Positions 8,935-20,015 of a stretch of DNA of 64,000 nucleotides are shown here, in pieces. Source of the stretch: Kofleriaceae bacterium (GTDB taxonomy: Bacteria; Myxococcota_A; Polyangia; Haliangiales; Haliangiaceae); assembly GCA_965215005.1 (NCBI GenBank), contig CBDCCZ010000060.1, positions 32,001 through 96,000 of the forward strand, written 5' to 3'. Under the pieces are notes generated by a model. It ran no database searches and was not told the origin of the DNA. It worked only from the letters and a program-made list of their open reading frames with translations. The position numbers and the translations under genes are program-made. Each line of letters opens with the position of its first letter. Position 1 is the first letter of the stretch.

Positions 8935-10116
8935 TTAAGTAGCTTCTATGGCGGCAACGGTGATGCGGTACAGCTCGGCCCCTGCTCCGTTTAGCTCGTA
9001 GCTCGAATCTCCGCCGCAGATGAAGGCACTCTCACCCCTACACAGGTGCAGGTGCGACCCCGCCGAGGTGACGGTGACGCTACCGGTCATGCACAAGAGG
9101 ATCTCCGGCCCCCACGGCTCGAGCGTGATCGGTTGCTCTGGCGTCAGCCGCCACAATCGAAATTCGTTGGCGCTGGAAGGCCATTGCTTGCTCTGCGCAT
9201 CCCCCACCGACAGGATTGGCTCGCAGGGATATGGATGGCAGTCCACGATATCGAGCAGCTCGCGTACATCGACGTGCTTACCGGTGAGGCCGCCGCGAAG
9301 AACGTTATCGGAGCTCGCCATCAGCTCGACACCGGCGCCGCTTAGATACGCATGTAACTTTCCTGCAGGTAGGTACAGCGCCTGGCTCGGCTGCAGCCGA
9401 ACTCGGTTGAGCAAGAGCGCCGCGACGACGCCGCGGTCGCGGGGATAGCGGCGGGCCAACGTTAGCGCGAGCGCGGCCGCCTCCCTCCACGGCCCGTGCT
9501 GAAGGCGCGCGCACGCAGCGACTACTTCGTCCACGAGCTCGGCTGGTTTGGGCTCGGTGAGAATCGCCGCCAACGTGACGCGCAGACCATCGTCGGCGGT
9601 GAGCTCGGCGGCTAGCCGCGTGAGTCGCGGAGAGCCAATGGCGGCGAACAATGCTGCGGTCTCGCTGGGTTCTCGAAAGCCACAGAGGGCATCGAAGTTG
9701 GTCAAGGCACAGAGAAGCTCAGGCTTGTGGCTCGCATCTTTGTAGTTTCGATGCGCGGCGTCGCGCGGAACACCCGCGGCTTCTTCGGCGGCAAATCCGC
9801 GCTGCGCTTGCGTTTGCGACGGGTGGGCTTGTAGCGACAGCGGCTTGGCGGCCGCGAGAACTTTAACGAGAAATGGCAGCCGACCATAATCATCGGCGAC
9901 TCGCTCGCCGAGTGCGGCGCTGGGATCGGCGGCAATGAGCTGATCGAGGGGTATCAAGCCGGCGGGAGTTTCGGCCAGAGAGGGCGCGTTTGGATGCGCT
10001 CCGAGCCAAAGCTCTGCTTCGGTTCGCGGCGCCGGCGATGCGCGACCCTGGAGCTCGGCGATGACGGTTCGCGAGCCCCACGGGTAGTACTGAATGATTC
10101 CGTGAAGGCGATGCAT
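8935..10116 (-). CDS. manA: Mannose-6-phosphate isomerase, class I
   Basis: YPWG, AELWLGAHP, LSLQAHP, YKDASHKPE, HAYL and SDNVLRGGLT motifs. Confidence 0.95.
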   Translation of the reverse strand: MHRLHGIIQYYPWGSRTVIAELQGRASPAPRTEAELWLGAHPNAPSLAETPAGLIPLDQLIAADPSAALGERVADDYGRLPFLVKVLAAAKPLSLQAHPSQTQAQRGFAAEEAAGVPRDAAHRNYKDASHKPELLCALTNFDALCGFREPSETAALFAAIGSPRLTRLAAELTADDGLRVTLAAILTEPKPAELVDEVVAACARLQHGPWREAAALALTLARRYPRDRGVVAALLLNRVRLQPSQALYLPAGKLHAYLSGAGVELMASSDNVLRGGLTGKHVDVRELLDIVDCHPYPCEPILSVGDAQSKQWPSSANEFRLWRLTPEQPITLEPWGPEILLCMTGSVTVTSAGSHLHLCRGESAFICGGDSSYELNGAGAELYRITVAAIEAT

Positions 10117-11202
10117 TCAGCTGCGAAACAGTTGCTCGATGTCCTGCTCGATACGCTCTGCGGCGGCGGGCGAGACCTGCACGGGCACGCGCGTACGCGG
10201 ACTGCGCAAGTAGTATTCGGGTTGCGGCGCCATCGCGGCGGTTGCTTGGGGCGCAGCACTATCCACCGCGACCGGGGGGATGGCCGGTGTAGCGGGCTTC
10301 TTATACAGCTCGAGCCAGCCGAGCTCGCGACTGCCTTTGCCCGCGTACTCGACTCGAAGTAGCCGCTCGAGCTCGGTGGGCGCGATCATGCTGTCGAACT
10401 TCATCAGCTCGAGGCTTTTCAGCGACGATAAGAAGTTGGCCATGGTTTGATCGTTCTTGCCGGGCGCCGACTCCAGGGCCCAACCCTGCTTGGTTTGACC
10501 ATTGTCGTCATAGCTGAGGCGTTGCAGGCGTTTTTGCGTGGAGCCCGCTTCGATGACCGCCGCCGCGACCTCGTCCTCTTTGAAGCCAAATGGATCGGTG
10601 ATTTTGAGCGTCGACTCGCCGAGCTCGAGCGGCTGCACGATCGAGCCTGCGAGAACGAAGCCTTGCTGAAGGATCGGATCGAGAGCGTAGCGATCGATGC
10701 CGCCCTGCACCCGGCCGCCTACGGTGAGAGTCTTCTTGCCGTCACCGAGCTCGACCGTTAGCACATCCGTGGCGTTTTCGAGCTCGTACTCGGCTTTGGC
10801 GGCATCATCGAGCTTGCCGAGCGCAACGAGCGCATGGAGGTCGGCCAGCGATTCGATGAGCTCTTCGCCTTTTTCGCCCACCGCAAACTCGCGGGTGTGC
10901 GTGGTCGCTTCGCCGCCTGCCTCACCCCCGCCTGCCTCACCGTCGCCTGCCTCACCGACTGGTGCGGCAGTGCGCGTTTGCGTGCCCCAGAGATAACGAG
11001 CGCCATTCTGCTCGCGCCGCTCCACACGCACGGTGAAATTTTCTTTGTCGTAGCTCACCGCCGTGACGTCATCCGCGCGGGCCCGCCACACCGGAACATC
11101 GCCGGTCTTGGTCTCGGCGACGTCATCTCGAGTCCACGTCTGATACGCGATGAGCAGCGAAACAGCCAGCAGTGTGCCGTAAACTATGGGCCCCGTCTTC
11201 AT
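10117..11202 (-). CDS. DUF4340-like periplasmic protein of ABC operon
   Basis: Start MKTGPIVYG overlaps the upstream stop; N-terminal TM; last gene of a GldA/F/G-like operon, the usual position for this family. Confidence 0.7.
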   Translation of the reverse strand: MKTGPIVYGTLLAVSLLIAYQTWTRDDVAETKTGDVPVWRARADDVTAVSYDKENFTVRVERREQNGARYLWGTQTRTAAPVGEAGDGEAGGGEAGGEATTHTREFAVGEKGEELIESLADLHALVALGKLDDAAKAEYELENATDVLTVELGDGKKTLTVGGRVQGGIDRYALDPILQQGFVLAGSIVQPLELGESTLKITDPFGFKEDEVAAAVIEAGSTQKRLQRLSYDDNGQTKQGWALESAPGKNDQTMANFLSSLKSLELMKFDSMIAPTELERLLRVEYAGKGSRELGWLELYKKPATPAIPPVAVDSAAPQATAAMAPQPEYYLRSPRTRVPVQVSPAAAERIEQDIEQLFRS

Positions 11203-13130
11203 GCTGTCCTCCGCGCGTTGCGCCGGCGGCGCACGTAGCCGATGCCGAGACCAAACCCAAGGATCAGCAGCGGAGCGCCGACGATGCTCGAATATAGGAG
11301 AATGACGTCTTCGCTCTCGCTGTGCTTGATGAGCACGTCTTCCTCGGAAATCGTCTCGCCAGCGAGGTCCTCTTCGCCACCGAGCCACATCACCGAGTCG
11401 GCGAGTAAGTGGTTGCTGAGCGGCACGAGCTGCTGGATGGGGTCACCGAAGAGGTCACCATCGGCGACGACCACCGCGCGCATCCCTTTGGTGAGCTCCG
11501 TTTCCGTGTTGCCCTCGCCGGCAGGAGTGGCTTCGACGGCTGCGGCGATGTTGTAGCGAGCGCGGGTTTCGGTGTCCGAGTCGAACTCCAAGTCATTGTC
11601 GAGATCCGCCCAAGCGTTGGGCGTGGATCGAATGACGAAGGTCCGCTGGATAGCGTCGGCGCCGGCAGTGGGAGGAGCTTCGCTGAGAGACCCGGAATTG
11701 GCGACCACGATCCCTGCGCGAGCGCTGGCGCGGCTGAGGGTGGTCGTCGATGCGTGTGCAGAGAATTGATTGGTGAGGATGAGGCGCCGATCAGAGCTGT
11801 TGCCGCGCTGACGCAGGTGCTCGCGATCGTCGGTGAGGGGCGTGGGATCGAAGTCGAGGCCCAGGCGCCCTCCGAGCGGCCCCAGCCGCGCCTCCGAGTC
11901 TGGATCGAGCGCGATCAACATCGCGCCGCCGCGCTCTAGATACCGATCTAACGTGGCCAGCTCCTCGTCTCGAAGCGGCGTCCGCGGCGCCAGCATCACC
12001 ACCAGCGTCGCGTCGCCAGGGACCTCACTGGCCAGTCCCTGCGCCAACCCGAGCTCCTGCACCGAATAATTGAGTGCCTCGAGGATTCGCTTGGTGATAC
12101 TTGCGCGGCCCTCCGGTTGCTGCGCGGCCAACTGTCCCAGCGAGGAAGGATCATTTAGCTCACCATGGCCCACGGTGAAGTAGGCGACGTGGCGCGCGCG
12201 GACCACCTTCAACAGTGCTGTGTTGACCTTGGCGTCGAACGTACGCAGCTCGGTGCGCCGCGCGCGCTGAAAATCAGGACTGACCGCCAGCTTCTCGCTC
12301 TTATCGCCGCGCGAAATGATGATGGTGCCGTCGCTCGTGATGCGGTGCTTGCGGGCAAGCGTTGCGGACACCATCCGGTCGTGCATCTCGACGTTGACGT
12401 TGCCAGTGCGGCGAGCGAGCTCTTTGAAGTACTGCTGCACTTCCTTGCCAACTTGATTCGACTCGGGGAAGAACAACAGCACCTCCAGCGGTTCGCTGAT
12501 GCTGCGAGCAATCTTGACGGTGGATGGACCCGGGCTCGAGGTCTTGAAATAGCTGAGATCTCCACGAACGTTGCGCTGCTCGGCGATGTTGCACGTCACC
12601 ATCAAGAAGCCCGCGGCTAAGGCGATGCTAAGCCCGGAGGTCGACATCTCGAGCACCCGAACTAGCTCCACTGCCTCGTCGTGCCCGCGACCCGCAGAGG
12701 CCGCCAGCCGCCCGCGCTGCGCAACGCCGAGCGACAGCTCGACCATGAGCAGAGGCAGGAGTGAGATGGCGAGGATCACGCAATACAGCACCGTCATTGG
12801 TACCAGGTAGCGCTGAAGGCCCGCCTTATCGAGCGCGTCGATTCCGAGCAGGTGCATGGTCCACGGTGTTGTGAACCAATAGCCAATGAGTCCCAGCGCA
12901 ATGCCCGCATGGCAGGCAAGGAAGATGGCCTCGACGCGCCGGCGGGCGCCGCGAGTGACGGCGAACGCCCAGATGCGCAGCGCTGTGGCCGTGAGGATGA
13001 GCATGAGCCCGCCTATCGAAAGAAACCGCGCTCCCCCGAAAGTGTCCAGCGCCCGCTCGCCGACAAACAGCGCCGCTAGGCCCGCGAGAAGGATGGCCGA
13101 TAGCCACCACGGGGAGGCGGTTCGCGTCAT
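11199..13130 (-). CDS. GldG-like ABC transporter auxiliary protein
   Basis: Several N-terminal TMs, YFTVGHGE, YLERGG..LIALDP, VVVADGDLF, C-terminal TM followed by RRRR. Confidence 0.8.
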   Translation of the reverse strand: MTRTASPWWLSAILLAGLAALFVGERALDTFGGARFLSIGGLMLILTATALRIWAFAVTRGARRRVEAIFLACHAGIALGLIGYWFTTPWTMHLLGIDALDKAGLQRYLVPMTVLYCVILAISLLPLLMVELSLGVAQRGRLAASAGRGHDEAVELVRVLEMSTSGLSIALAAGFLMVTCNIAEQRNVRGDLSYFKTSSPGPSTVKIARSISEPLEVLLFFPESNQVGKEVQQYFKELARRTGNVNVEMHDRMVSATLARKHRITSDGTIIISRGDKSEKLAVSPDFQRARRTELRTFDAKVNTALLKVVRARHVAYFTVGHGELNDPSSLGQLAAQQPEGRASITKRILEALNYSVQELGLAQGLASEVPGDATLVVMLAPRTPLRDEELATLDRYLERGGAMLIALDPDSEARLGPLGGRLGLDFDPTPLTDDREHLRQRGNSSDRRLILTNQFSAHASTTTLSRASARAGIVVANSGSLSEAPPTAGADAIQRTFVIRSTPNAWADLDNDLEFDSDTETRARYNIAAAVEATPAGEGNTETELTKGMRAVVVADGDLFGDPIQQLVPLSNHLLADSVMWLGGEEDLAGETISEEDVLIKHSESEDVILLYSSIVGAPLLILGFGLGIGYVRRRRNARRTA

Positions 13131-13841
13131 TGCCATCGCTTCGCTCCCATCGTCTTGGTGGCAACCAACAAGAAGAAGTAGATCACCGCGACGTAATAAA
13201 CGACATCCACGAGGTTGAGAATGCCGACCATGAAGCCTTGGACGAAGTGAATCCACCACAGGTCGAGCTGCTCGAGCACTCCTTTGAGCGGCGCATCGAG
13301 GCGCACAGCGAGCGGAAACAGCAGCACCAACACTCCATTGATAGTTGCAGCGACCGCCAATGCTACGAGCTGCTGACGAGCCAATGCACTAGCAAATGTG
13401 CCTATCGCAAGGCTGGCCGCTCCCAGCAGCAATAGGCCGAGATAGCCGACGAGGAGCTGCCCAAAGGCGATCTTGCCGTTTACCAGGATGAGGAGCGGCA
13501 TATAAATCGAAAGGAGCAGCATGCCGGCCAGGAACACCAGCGCAGCAAAGAACTTGCCCAGAACGACCTCGATATCGCGCACTGGCGAGGTGCTGAGCAA
13601 GACGATGGTGTGCTGGCTGCGTTCCTCTGCGATCAGTCGAAACGACAGCACGATGCCGGCGATTTGCGTAATCACGCCGGTGTACATGAAGAAGTCACGC
13701 AGCACATCAGCGGAGACTCGCGGCCGCGAGCCGATCGCGAACGTCTGAAATAGAATGCCATCGATGAACAGCAGCAGCGCCGCAATGACGTAGCCGATGG
13801 GCGAGCGCAGATAAGCCCCGAGCTCGCGGCGAAAGATGATG

Positions 13842-13855
<14 letters not shown>
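13127..13855 (-). CDS. ABC-2 type permease (GldF-like)
   Basis: IFRRELGAYLRSPIGY, AEER, VVLGKF; GGAGG RBS before GTG 13855. Confidence 0.85.
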
Positions 13856-14792
<937 letters not shown>

Positions 14793-14825
14793 TGATTACG
14801 CGCGTCTCTTTCCGTGGTGGGAGCT

Positions 14826-15950
14826 TCACTCATGATCGCTTCTTTCTAGCGGTTCGCGACGTTCGCCGTGAACCATTAGCGGCAACGGGAGCTGATTTCC
14901 GATGGCCGTAGGAACCTTGCGACGATCGGTCGCGAGCGGCGGAGCAGGTTGGTCGAGGCCTAGCCGGCGAGTCGCGAGGGCGAACCGGCGCGCCAGGAGC
15001 TCAGCGTATGGGCCGGTTCCACGCATGCGCTGATCAAATGCGGAGCGATACAACGCGCCGTCGCGGGTTTGGCGAATGAGCGAGAGGACCCGCTCCGCAC
15101 GGTCTGGATAATGAGCCCGTAGCCATTCTGCAAACAGCTCTTTGACCTCATGTGGCAGCCGTATCAGGATGTATGCTGCAGTGACAGCGCCGGCGCTGGC
15201 AGCACTCTCGAGAATCCGCTCGAGCTCAACATCGTTGAGCGCGGGGATCATCGGCGAGGCCAAGACGCCCACGGTGACTCCGGCATCGCTGAGCCGAGCG
15301 ATGGTCTCTATGCGGCGCTGCGGCGCCGCAGCGCGCGGCTCCATGCGCCTGGCGAGGGCGCGATCTAGCGTGGTGACGGAAACGCGGACGCTCACCAGCC
15401 GCTCGGCGGCCATGGCTGCGAGAATATCGAGATCGCGTAGTATCAGGCTCGACTTGGTGACGACGACCAGTGGTTGGCCGTGCTCGTGCGCAACCTCGAG
15501 GAGTTGGCGCGTGAGTTGGAGTTTTCGCTCGATCGGTTGATAGGGATCCGTGTTGGAGCCAAGCGCGATGACCCGACATTCGTTATTTCGCCCCAGAGCG
15601 CGCCGCAACAGCGCGGGCGCGTTTGGCTTGAAGAACAGCCGGCTTTCGAAGTCAAGCCCTGGCGATAGGCCGACGTATGCATGACTCGGGCGGGCAAAGC
15701 AGTAGATGCAGCCGTGCTCGCAGCCGCGGTAGGGATTGATCGATTGATCGAAGGGAATGTCGGGTGAGTCGTTGGTGCTGATGATCGTGCGCGCGGTCTC
15801 TTCGGAGAGCACCGTCTCCAGCGCCGGCAACTCCTCATCGAGGCTACCCCAGCCGTCGTCGAAGCTCTCGCGCGCGCAGCTCTCGAAGCGCGAGCTGCGA
15901 TTACTAACCGCACCGCGGCCCTTGCGCAGATCGGGCAACGACTCACTCAT
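14826..15950 (-). CDS. PA0069-family (SplB-like) radical SAM protein
   Basis: GRGAVSN, SINPYRGCEHGCIYCFARPSH (CxxxCxxC), TDPYQP. Confidence 0.92.
   Translation of the reverse strand: MSESLPDLRKGRGAVSNRSSRFESCARESFDDGWGSLDEELPALETVLSEETARTIISTNDSPDIPFDQSINPYRGCEHGCIYCFARPSHAYVGLSPGLDFESRLFFKPNAPALLRRALGRNNECRVIALGSNTDPYQPIERKLQLTRQLLEVAHEHGQPLVVVTKSSLILRDLDILAAMAAERLVSVRVSVTTLDRALARRMEPRAAAPQRRIETIARLSDAGVTVGVLASPMIPALNDVELERILESAASAGAVTAAYILIRLPHEVKELFAEWLRAHYPDRAERVLSLIRQTRDGALYRSAFDQRMRGTGPYAELLARRFALATRRLGLDQPAPPLATDRRKVPTAIGNQLPLPLMVHGERREPLERSDHE
14829..14879 (-). repeat. REP-like palindromic repeat, copy 2 (within 3' end of radical SAM ORF)
   Basis: Minus-strand CTAATGGTTCACGGCGAACGTCGCGAACCGCTAGAAAGAAGCGATCATGAG aligns with 7598-7649. 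Confidence 0.7.
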
Positions 15951-16936
15951 GGCTCCGCGTACCAGTTTTTGCTCCAGGTGTGGTCCTCGAGCTTGGCCAA
16001 GAGTCTACTACTGAGCGTGCGGCCATCGCTCACCGCGATGTTGGCGTCGACGTGCTCGCGGCGACGCATGCCGGTGATGACGGTACTGACCTCGGGGCGG
16101 TGCAAGCAGAAGCGAAGCGCCAGCTCGGCCATTGTCTGCGCTTCGTCGCCCAGCAGTGGGCGCAATGCATCAACTCGCGCGGCGACCTCGGCCTTGCGGG
16201 CGCCGGCGAAGTAGCGGGCGCGGAAGTCGTCGGCAGGAAACGAGGTTTGAGCGTCGATGGCACCGCTGAGGGCGCCCTCGTCGAGCGGCACGCGGGCAAT
16301 GACGCCAACGTCGCGCTCCATGGCGCGTGGCAGCAACGTCTCTTCGGCCGATTGGTCGAAGATGTTGAAGATGACCTGGACGGTTCCGATGATCGACTCA
16401 TCGAGGATGCGGACCGCGTTGTCGGCTTCGTGCGCATTGGCGGAGATGCCCCAATGAAGCACCTTGCCTTCGCGCACCAGGCGCTCCATCGTGCCGCGCA
16501 GCTCGGGCCACGCCGGCGAATCGAGCCATTCGTCGCGCCACACGTGCAGCTGCTCGAGGACGAGAATTTCAGCGCGCAAGTTGCGCAGTGACTGCTCGAC
16601 GCACCGAGTGACATAATCGACTGGAAACTCTTCCTCGAGCTTAGCTCCCGCCGGCGCTGGCCAACGTTTACCGCGAGGTGGCACCTTGGTAGCGACCACG
16701 GCCCAGTCGCGGGCCCGCAAGTCGCGGACAACCTCTCCTACGAGCGTCTCAGCAGCGCCGTCGCCATACGACAGCGCGGTATCGACGAAGGTCACACCTG
16801 CGTCGAGGGCATGATAGAGGGCGCGTTGAGCAGCGCGAGGATCGACGCCTCGCCAAGAATCGCCGCCGAGCCCCCACGTGCCGTAGCCGAGCTCTGTTAC
16901 ATCGAGCTGAGTGCGTCCGAGTCGCCGGGTCTTCAT
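15947..16936 (-). CDS. Aldo/keto reductase
   Basis: RRLGRTQL...LGYGTWGLGG, DTALSYG, ATKV, GKVLHWGIS. Confidence 0.92.
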   Translation of the reverse strand: MKTRRLGRTQLDVTELGYGTWGLGGDSWRGVDPRAAQRALYHALDAGVTFVDTALSYGDGAAETLVGEVVRDLRARDWAVVATKVPPRGKRWPAPAGAKLEEEFPVDYVTRCVEQSLRNLRAEILVLEQLHVWRDEWLDSPAWPELRGTMERLVREGKVLHWGISANAHEADNAVRILDESIIGTVQVIFNIFDQSAEETLLPRAMERDVGVIARVPLDEGALSGAIDAQTSFPADDFRARYFAGARKAEVAARVDALRPLLGDEAQTMAELALRFCLHRPEVSTVITGMRRREHVDANIAVSDGRTLSSRLLAKLEDHTWSKNWYAEP

Positions 16937-17100
16937 CGATGGGAGAATAGCCGAAGCGCGCGCCGCGAGCGCAACCTCTGGCTGCACTGACTGCGTCGCT
17001 TTGGGAGGCAACGCGCTAGACTAGCGGCGATTCGTATGCGGTGGTGCAGAGGCGATAGGAACCAGTGTGTCGCGAGGATGCAAAGCGTCGCGAGGACGCG

Positions 17101-17951
17101 ATGAGGCGCAACCGCCGAACGCGGCTCTTCGTCCGCAGCGTGATCGTGGTGTTGGTGCTCGCCGGCAGCTGGATCGGCGTGATGACGGCGCTGCAGCTGC
17201 TTAGCTCCAAGGACTATGAATTCCGCAACGAAGCTGCAGCGATCTTCACGCGCTTGAGTCGCGGCGATGGTGGCGAGCTCTGGGAGGCGTCTTCGGCGGG
17301 CTTGCGCGAGCGCATCGGCAAGCAGCGCCTAGTTGCGCTGTCACGCCAGGTTCGCGATCGACTCGGCGAGTTTCGCGGCATCGCCAGTGTCACGAGCACC
17401 TACTCCGCCTCGGATCTGGGGCGAGTCGCGATGCGGGTAGAATTCGCCAACGCGACCATCCCCGCGGCTCTGAGCTTCATCCGCGAAGACGAGCGTTGGA
17501 AGTTGCTCGGATTGACGATTGAGGTGCCGCGGGCGTTGAGCGCCGCGTTCGCCGCCGATGAGACCAAAGATGAGAGTTTCATGGCTCCCGGGCAGTTTTG
17601 GAAGAGCTTCGTGGGCTCCTAGAGCGCGAGCGTCGAGGCCACTGGGAAGACATCTACGATGCGTCCTCCGAAGCGTTCCGCGAGTCGATCGACCGTGGCA
17701 TTTTCGAGAAGCTCCTCACCAAGCGCACGCAAAGGCTCGGCCGCTTCGTGCGCATCGCCGACCTCTCCACCACCTGGCGCAGCCCACGCGGCAACCAAGC
17801 AGAAGTCGTTGCTGCTTTGCAGTACGAACGCGCCACCGTCACCGCGACGGTAGAATTCATCTACGAAGACGGCGGCTGGAAGCTGCTTGGATACAAGATC
17901 GTGTTGCCGCAGCCGAGCGTGCCTAACAGCTCAACCCCGCGAGCGGAGTAA
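17101..17951 (+). pseudogene. TM-anchored protein with two tandem homologous (DUF3887/NTF2-like) domains, split by a frameshift near 17587-17592
   Basis: ORFs 17101-17622 and 17598-17951 overlap; ELWEASSAGLRERI...WKLLGL repeats as DIYDASSEAFRESI...WKLLGY. Confidence 0.6.
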
Positions 17952-18010
17952 AACCAGCCAACGCGGTGACCGCAGGGTGCAGCCGCCGCGTTGGCACAGG
18001 GCACTTCGCA

Positions 18011-18517
18011 TTAGACAGTGCGATGGTGGGCTTCGTGACGGCGCATGATTTCGAAGGCTTCGTCGGTACGATTTCCAGCCTTGACGATTACCACTGTGCG
18101 CCCTTTGCGGAATTCTTCGTCGTAGTAAGCGGCGTCTTCATCGCTGACACCGAGGCCGGTCAACGCGCCAACGACGCCACCCGCGGCGGCGCCAGTTGCC
18201 GCACTCGCTGCAACCGCAGCGAGTATACCGCCAGCGATCACCGGACCGATGGCCGGCAAGATTCCGGCTGCGATGCCGAGCGCCCAGAGTGCGCCACCGC
18301 CGGCTCCCACTGCTGCGCCCGCGGCTGCACCAGCACCCGCTTTATTGCCCGACATCTCTTTGAGCGACTTGATGTCTGCATCGCCTTCTTTGTCGTGAGA
18401 GAGCACGCCGACGTCGCTCGACGAGAATCCGGCTTCACGAAGTGACTCCAGGGCAGCACGAGCGTGGCCGGAAGTACGGAATGCTCCAATTACGAGACTC
18501 TTATCGGTCGTCTTCAT
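18011..18517 (-). CDS. General stress protein (YflT-like) with glycine-zipper membrane segment
   Basis: [13 protein letters not shown]...[10 protein letters not shown]...GAAAGAAVG...[10 protein letters not shown]...GRTVVIV. Confidence 0.8.
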   Translation of the reverse strand: MKTTDKSLVIGAFRTSGHARAALESLREAGFSSSDVGVLSHDKEGDADIKSLKEMSGNKAGAGAAAGAAVGAGGGALWALGIAAGILPAIGPVIAGGILAAVAASAATGAAAGGVVGALTGLGVSDEDAAYYDEEFRKGRTVVIVKAGNRTDEAFEIMRRHEAHHRTV

Positions 18518-18529
18518 GCAAAGCGTGGG

Positions 18530-18545
18530 AGCATTTCGCATGCCA
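18530..18545 (-). promoter_or_regulatory. sigma54 promoter
   Basis: TGGCATGCGAAATGCT, GG-N10-GC, 13 nt before ATG 18517. Confidence 0.7.
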
Positions 18546-18629
18546 GACTCTGACGCCGCTCCGTGGGGGATTAACTCCGGGCTAACGGCAGGAGCGACAC
18601 AGCGGGGCATGCTTGTGCAGAACGGCTCG

Positions 18630-19505
18630 TCAAAGCGTGCTGCTGAAGGGCCACAGCTGCGCCACCCACTCCCGTGGAACGACTGGCGTCGCTCCGCGTT
18701 GCGAGGCGATGAACGAGCCGTAACGATTGGCTGCCGCGGCAATATCGTTGAGCGGCTTGCGTGCGAGCAGCCCGCTCGTCAACACCGCTGTAAATGCATC
18801 GCCGGCGCCGACGTTGTCGCCACCCGCTGCCGCAAGCACGCCGGGTTGATCCGCGACCTCGCCGCTAGCTGCTCGGAGCTGACAACCCCGCGGTCCGCGG
18901 GTCACCGCGACGAGCTCGACGCCGAGGTGTTCGAGGAGCCATGCTGCGGCGTCGTTTGCGCCGGTGTGCGCAGCAAGGAGTCTTTCCTCGGCATCATTTA
19001 GCTTCACCACGTTGGCCAGGCGCATGCAGCGGATCGATAGCTCGAGCTCCGCGTATTGCGGACGCAGATTGATATCACAAACCTTCAAACATTCGGCTGG
19101 CAGGGCGGAAATGGCCGTCTCGAGACGGCGCATTGCTGCTGGTTCTAGCTGGCTCAGGGTTCCAAAGCAGAAGCCAGTTGCTGGGGCCAGGAGCTCGATA
19201 GGAGCGTCGATATATTCCCACGCACAACCGCGGCGGAGGGTGTAGCGCGCTTCGCCATCGACGACGGCGACTTGCACCGATCCTGTCGGTAAGCTCTCGC
19301 GCGTGTTAACGCCTCGGATGTCGACGCCGCTCGCTGCAAGTCGCGCCCGCGCTTCGTGGCCGCGCGCGTCATCACCAACCGCACTTACCATGAGCACCGG
19401 CTCGCCGAGCGCAGCCAGATGATAAGCCACGTTGGCCGGTGCGCCGCCGAGGCGAGGCTCGTCAGGATAGAGGTCCCAGAGAATTTCGCCCCAGCAGACG
19501 ATCAT
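18630..19505 (-). CDS. PfkB-family carbohydrate kinase (fructokinase-like)
   Basis: [37 protein letters not shown]. Confidence 0.92.
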   Translation of the reverse strand: MIVCWGEILWDLYPDEPRLGGAPANVAYHLAALGEPVLMVSAVGDDARGHEARARLAASGVDIRGVNTRESLPTGSVQVAVVDGEARYTLRRGCAWEYIDAPIELLAPATGFCFGTLSQLEPAAMRRLETAISALPAECLKVCDINLRPQYAELELSIRCMRLANVVKLNDAEERLLAAHTGANDAAAWLLEHLGVELVAVTRGPRGCQLRAASGEVADQPGVLAAAGGDNVGAGDAFTAVLTSGLLARKPLNDIAAAANRYGSFIASQRGATPVVPREWVAQLWPFSSTL

Positions 19506-19654
19506 GGCGAATGGTAACTGCACGGCATGCCGAGCGGTCAATACAGCGCGCCAAACACCGCCCCGTAAGCGACATGCGCGGCGACTCCCAATAAGCTGAG
19601 CTCGAGAAGTGCGTCAACTGTGATGGCCGAGTCGCGCATCCAACAAATATCGAT

Positions 19655-19836
19655 ACCACTGAGCCGCTGTCGAAGTGAGGCCAGCACAGCCAGTCGAGCG
19701 AGCCGTTGCGGGAGATGAGCGCTGCGGTTCGGCAGCCGCCGAGGAGGGCGTAGTCGCGAAGTGGCGTGTAGCCAGCGCGGGCAGCGATGAGCGGCGAGTC
19801 GCCAATTGGCGGAGCGACGTGCTGAAGGGGTCGCAT
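19655..19836 (-). pseudogene. 5' remnant of a GH15 (trehalase/glucoamylase-like) glycoside hydrolase
   Basis: [38 protein letters not shown] matches the GH15 trehalase-like N-terminus; similarity stops abruptly and there is no room for the rest of the gene. Confidence 0.8.
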
Positions 19837-19848
19837 CGCTGCTCGGGC

Positions 19849-19864
19849 TGCAGAGAATATTCCG
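19849..19864 (-). promoter_or_regulatory. sigma54-like promoter of the GH15 remnant
   Basis: CGGAATATTCTCTGCA, GG-N10-GC, 13 nt before ATG 19836. Confidence 0.5.
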
Positions 19865-20015
19865 CGTGGTGAGCGCGTTGCAAGATTTCTAACTGGCTAC
19901 CGTCGTGGTCTTATCGGGATGGAATGGCCGCCGACGAGAGGCATAACCGACCCTTTGTGGCGAAACCGCACGAACGGCGCCGAGCTCGCACAGCAGCGGA
20001 TTGTTGCAATCGAGG

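Noticed and set aside
19867..19882. sigma54-like TGGTGAGCGCGTTGCA on the plus strand upstream of prs
   Set aside because: Spacing is correct but the -24 element is poor and there is no supporting positional pattern.
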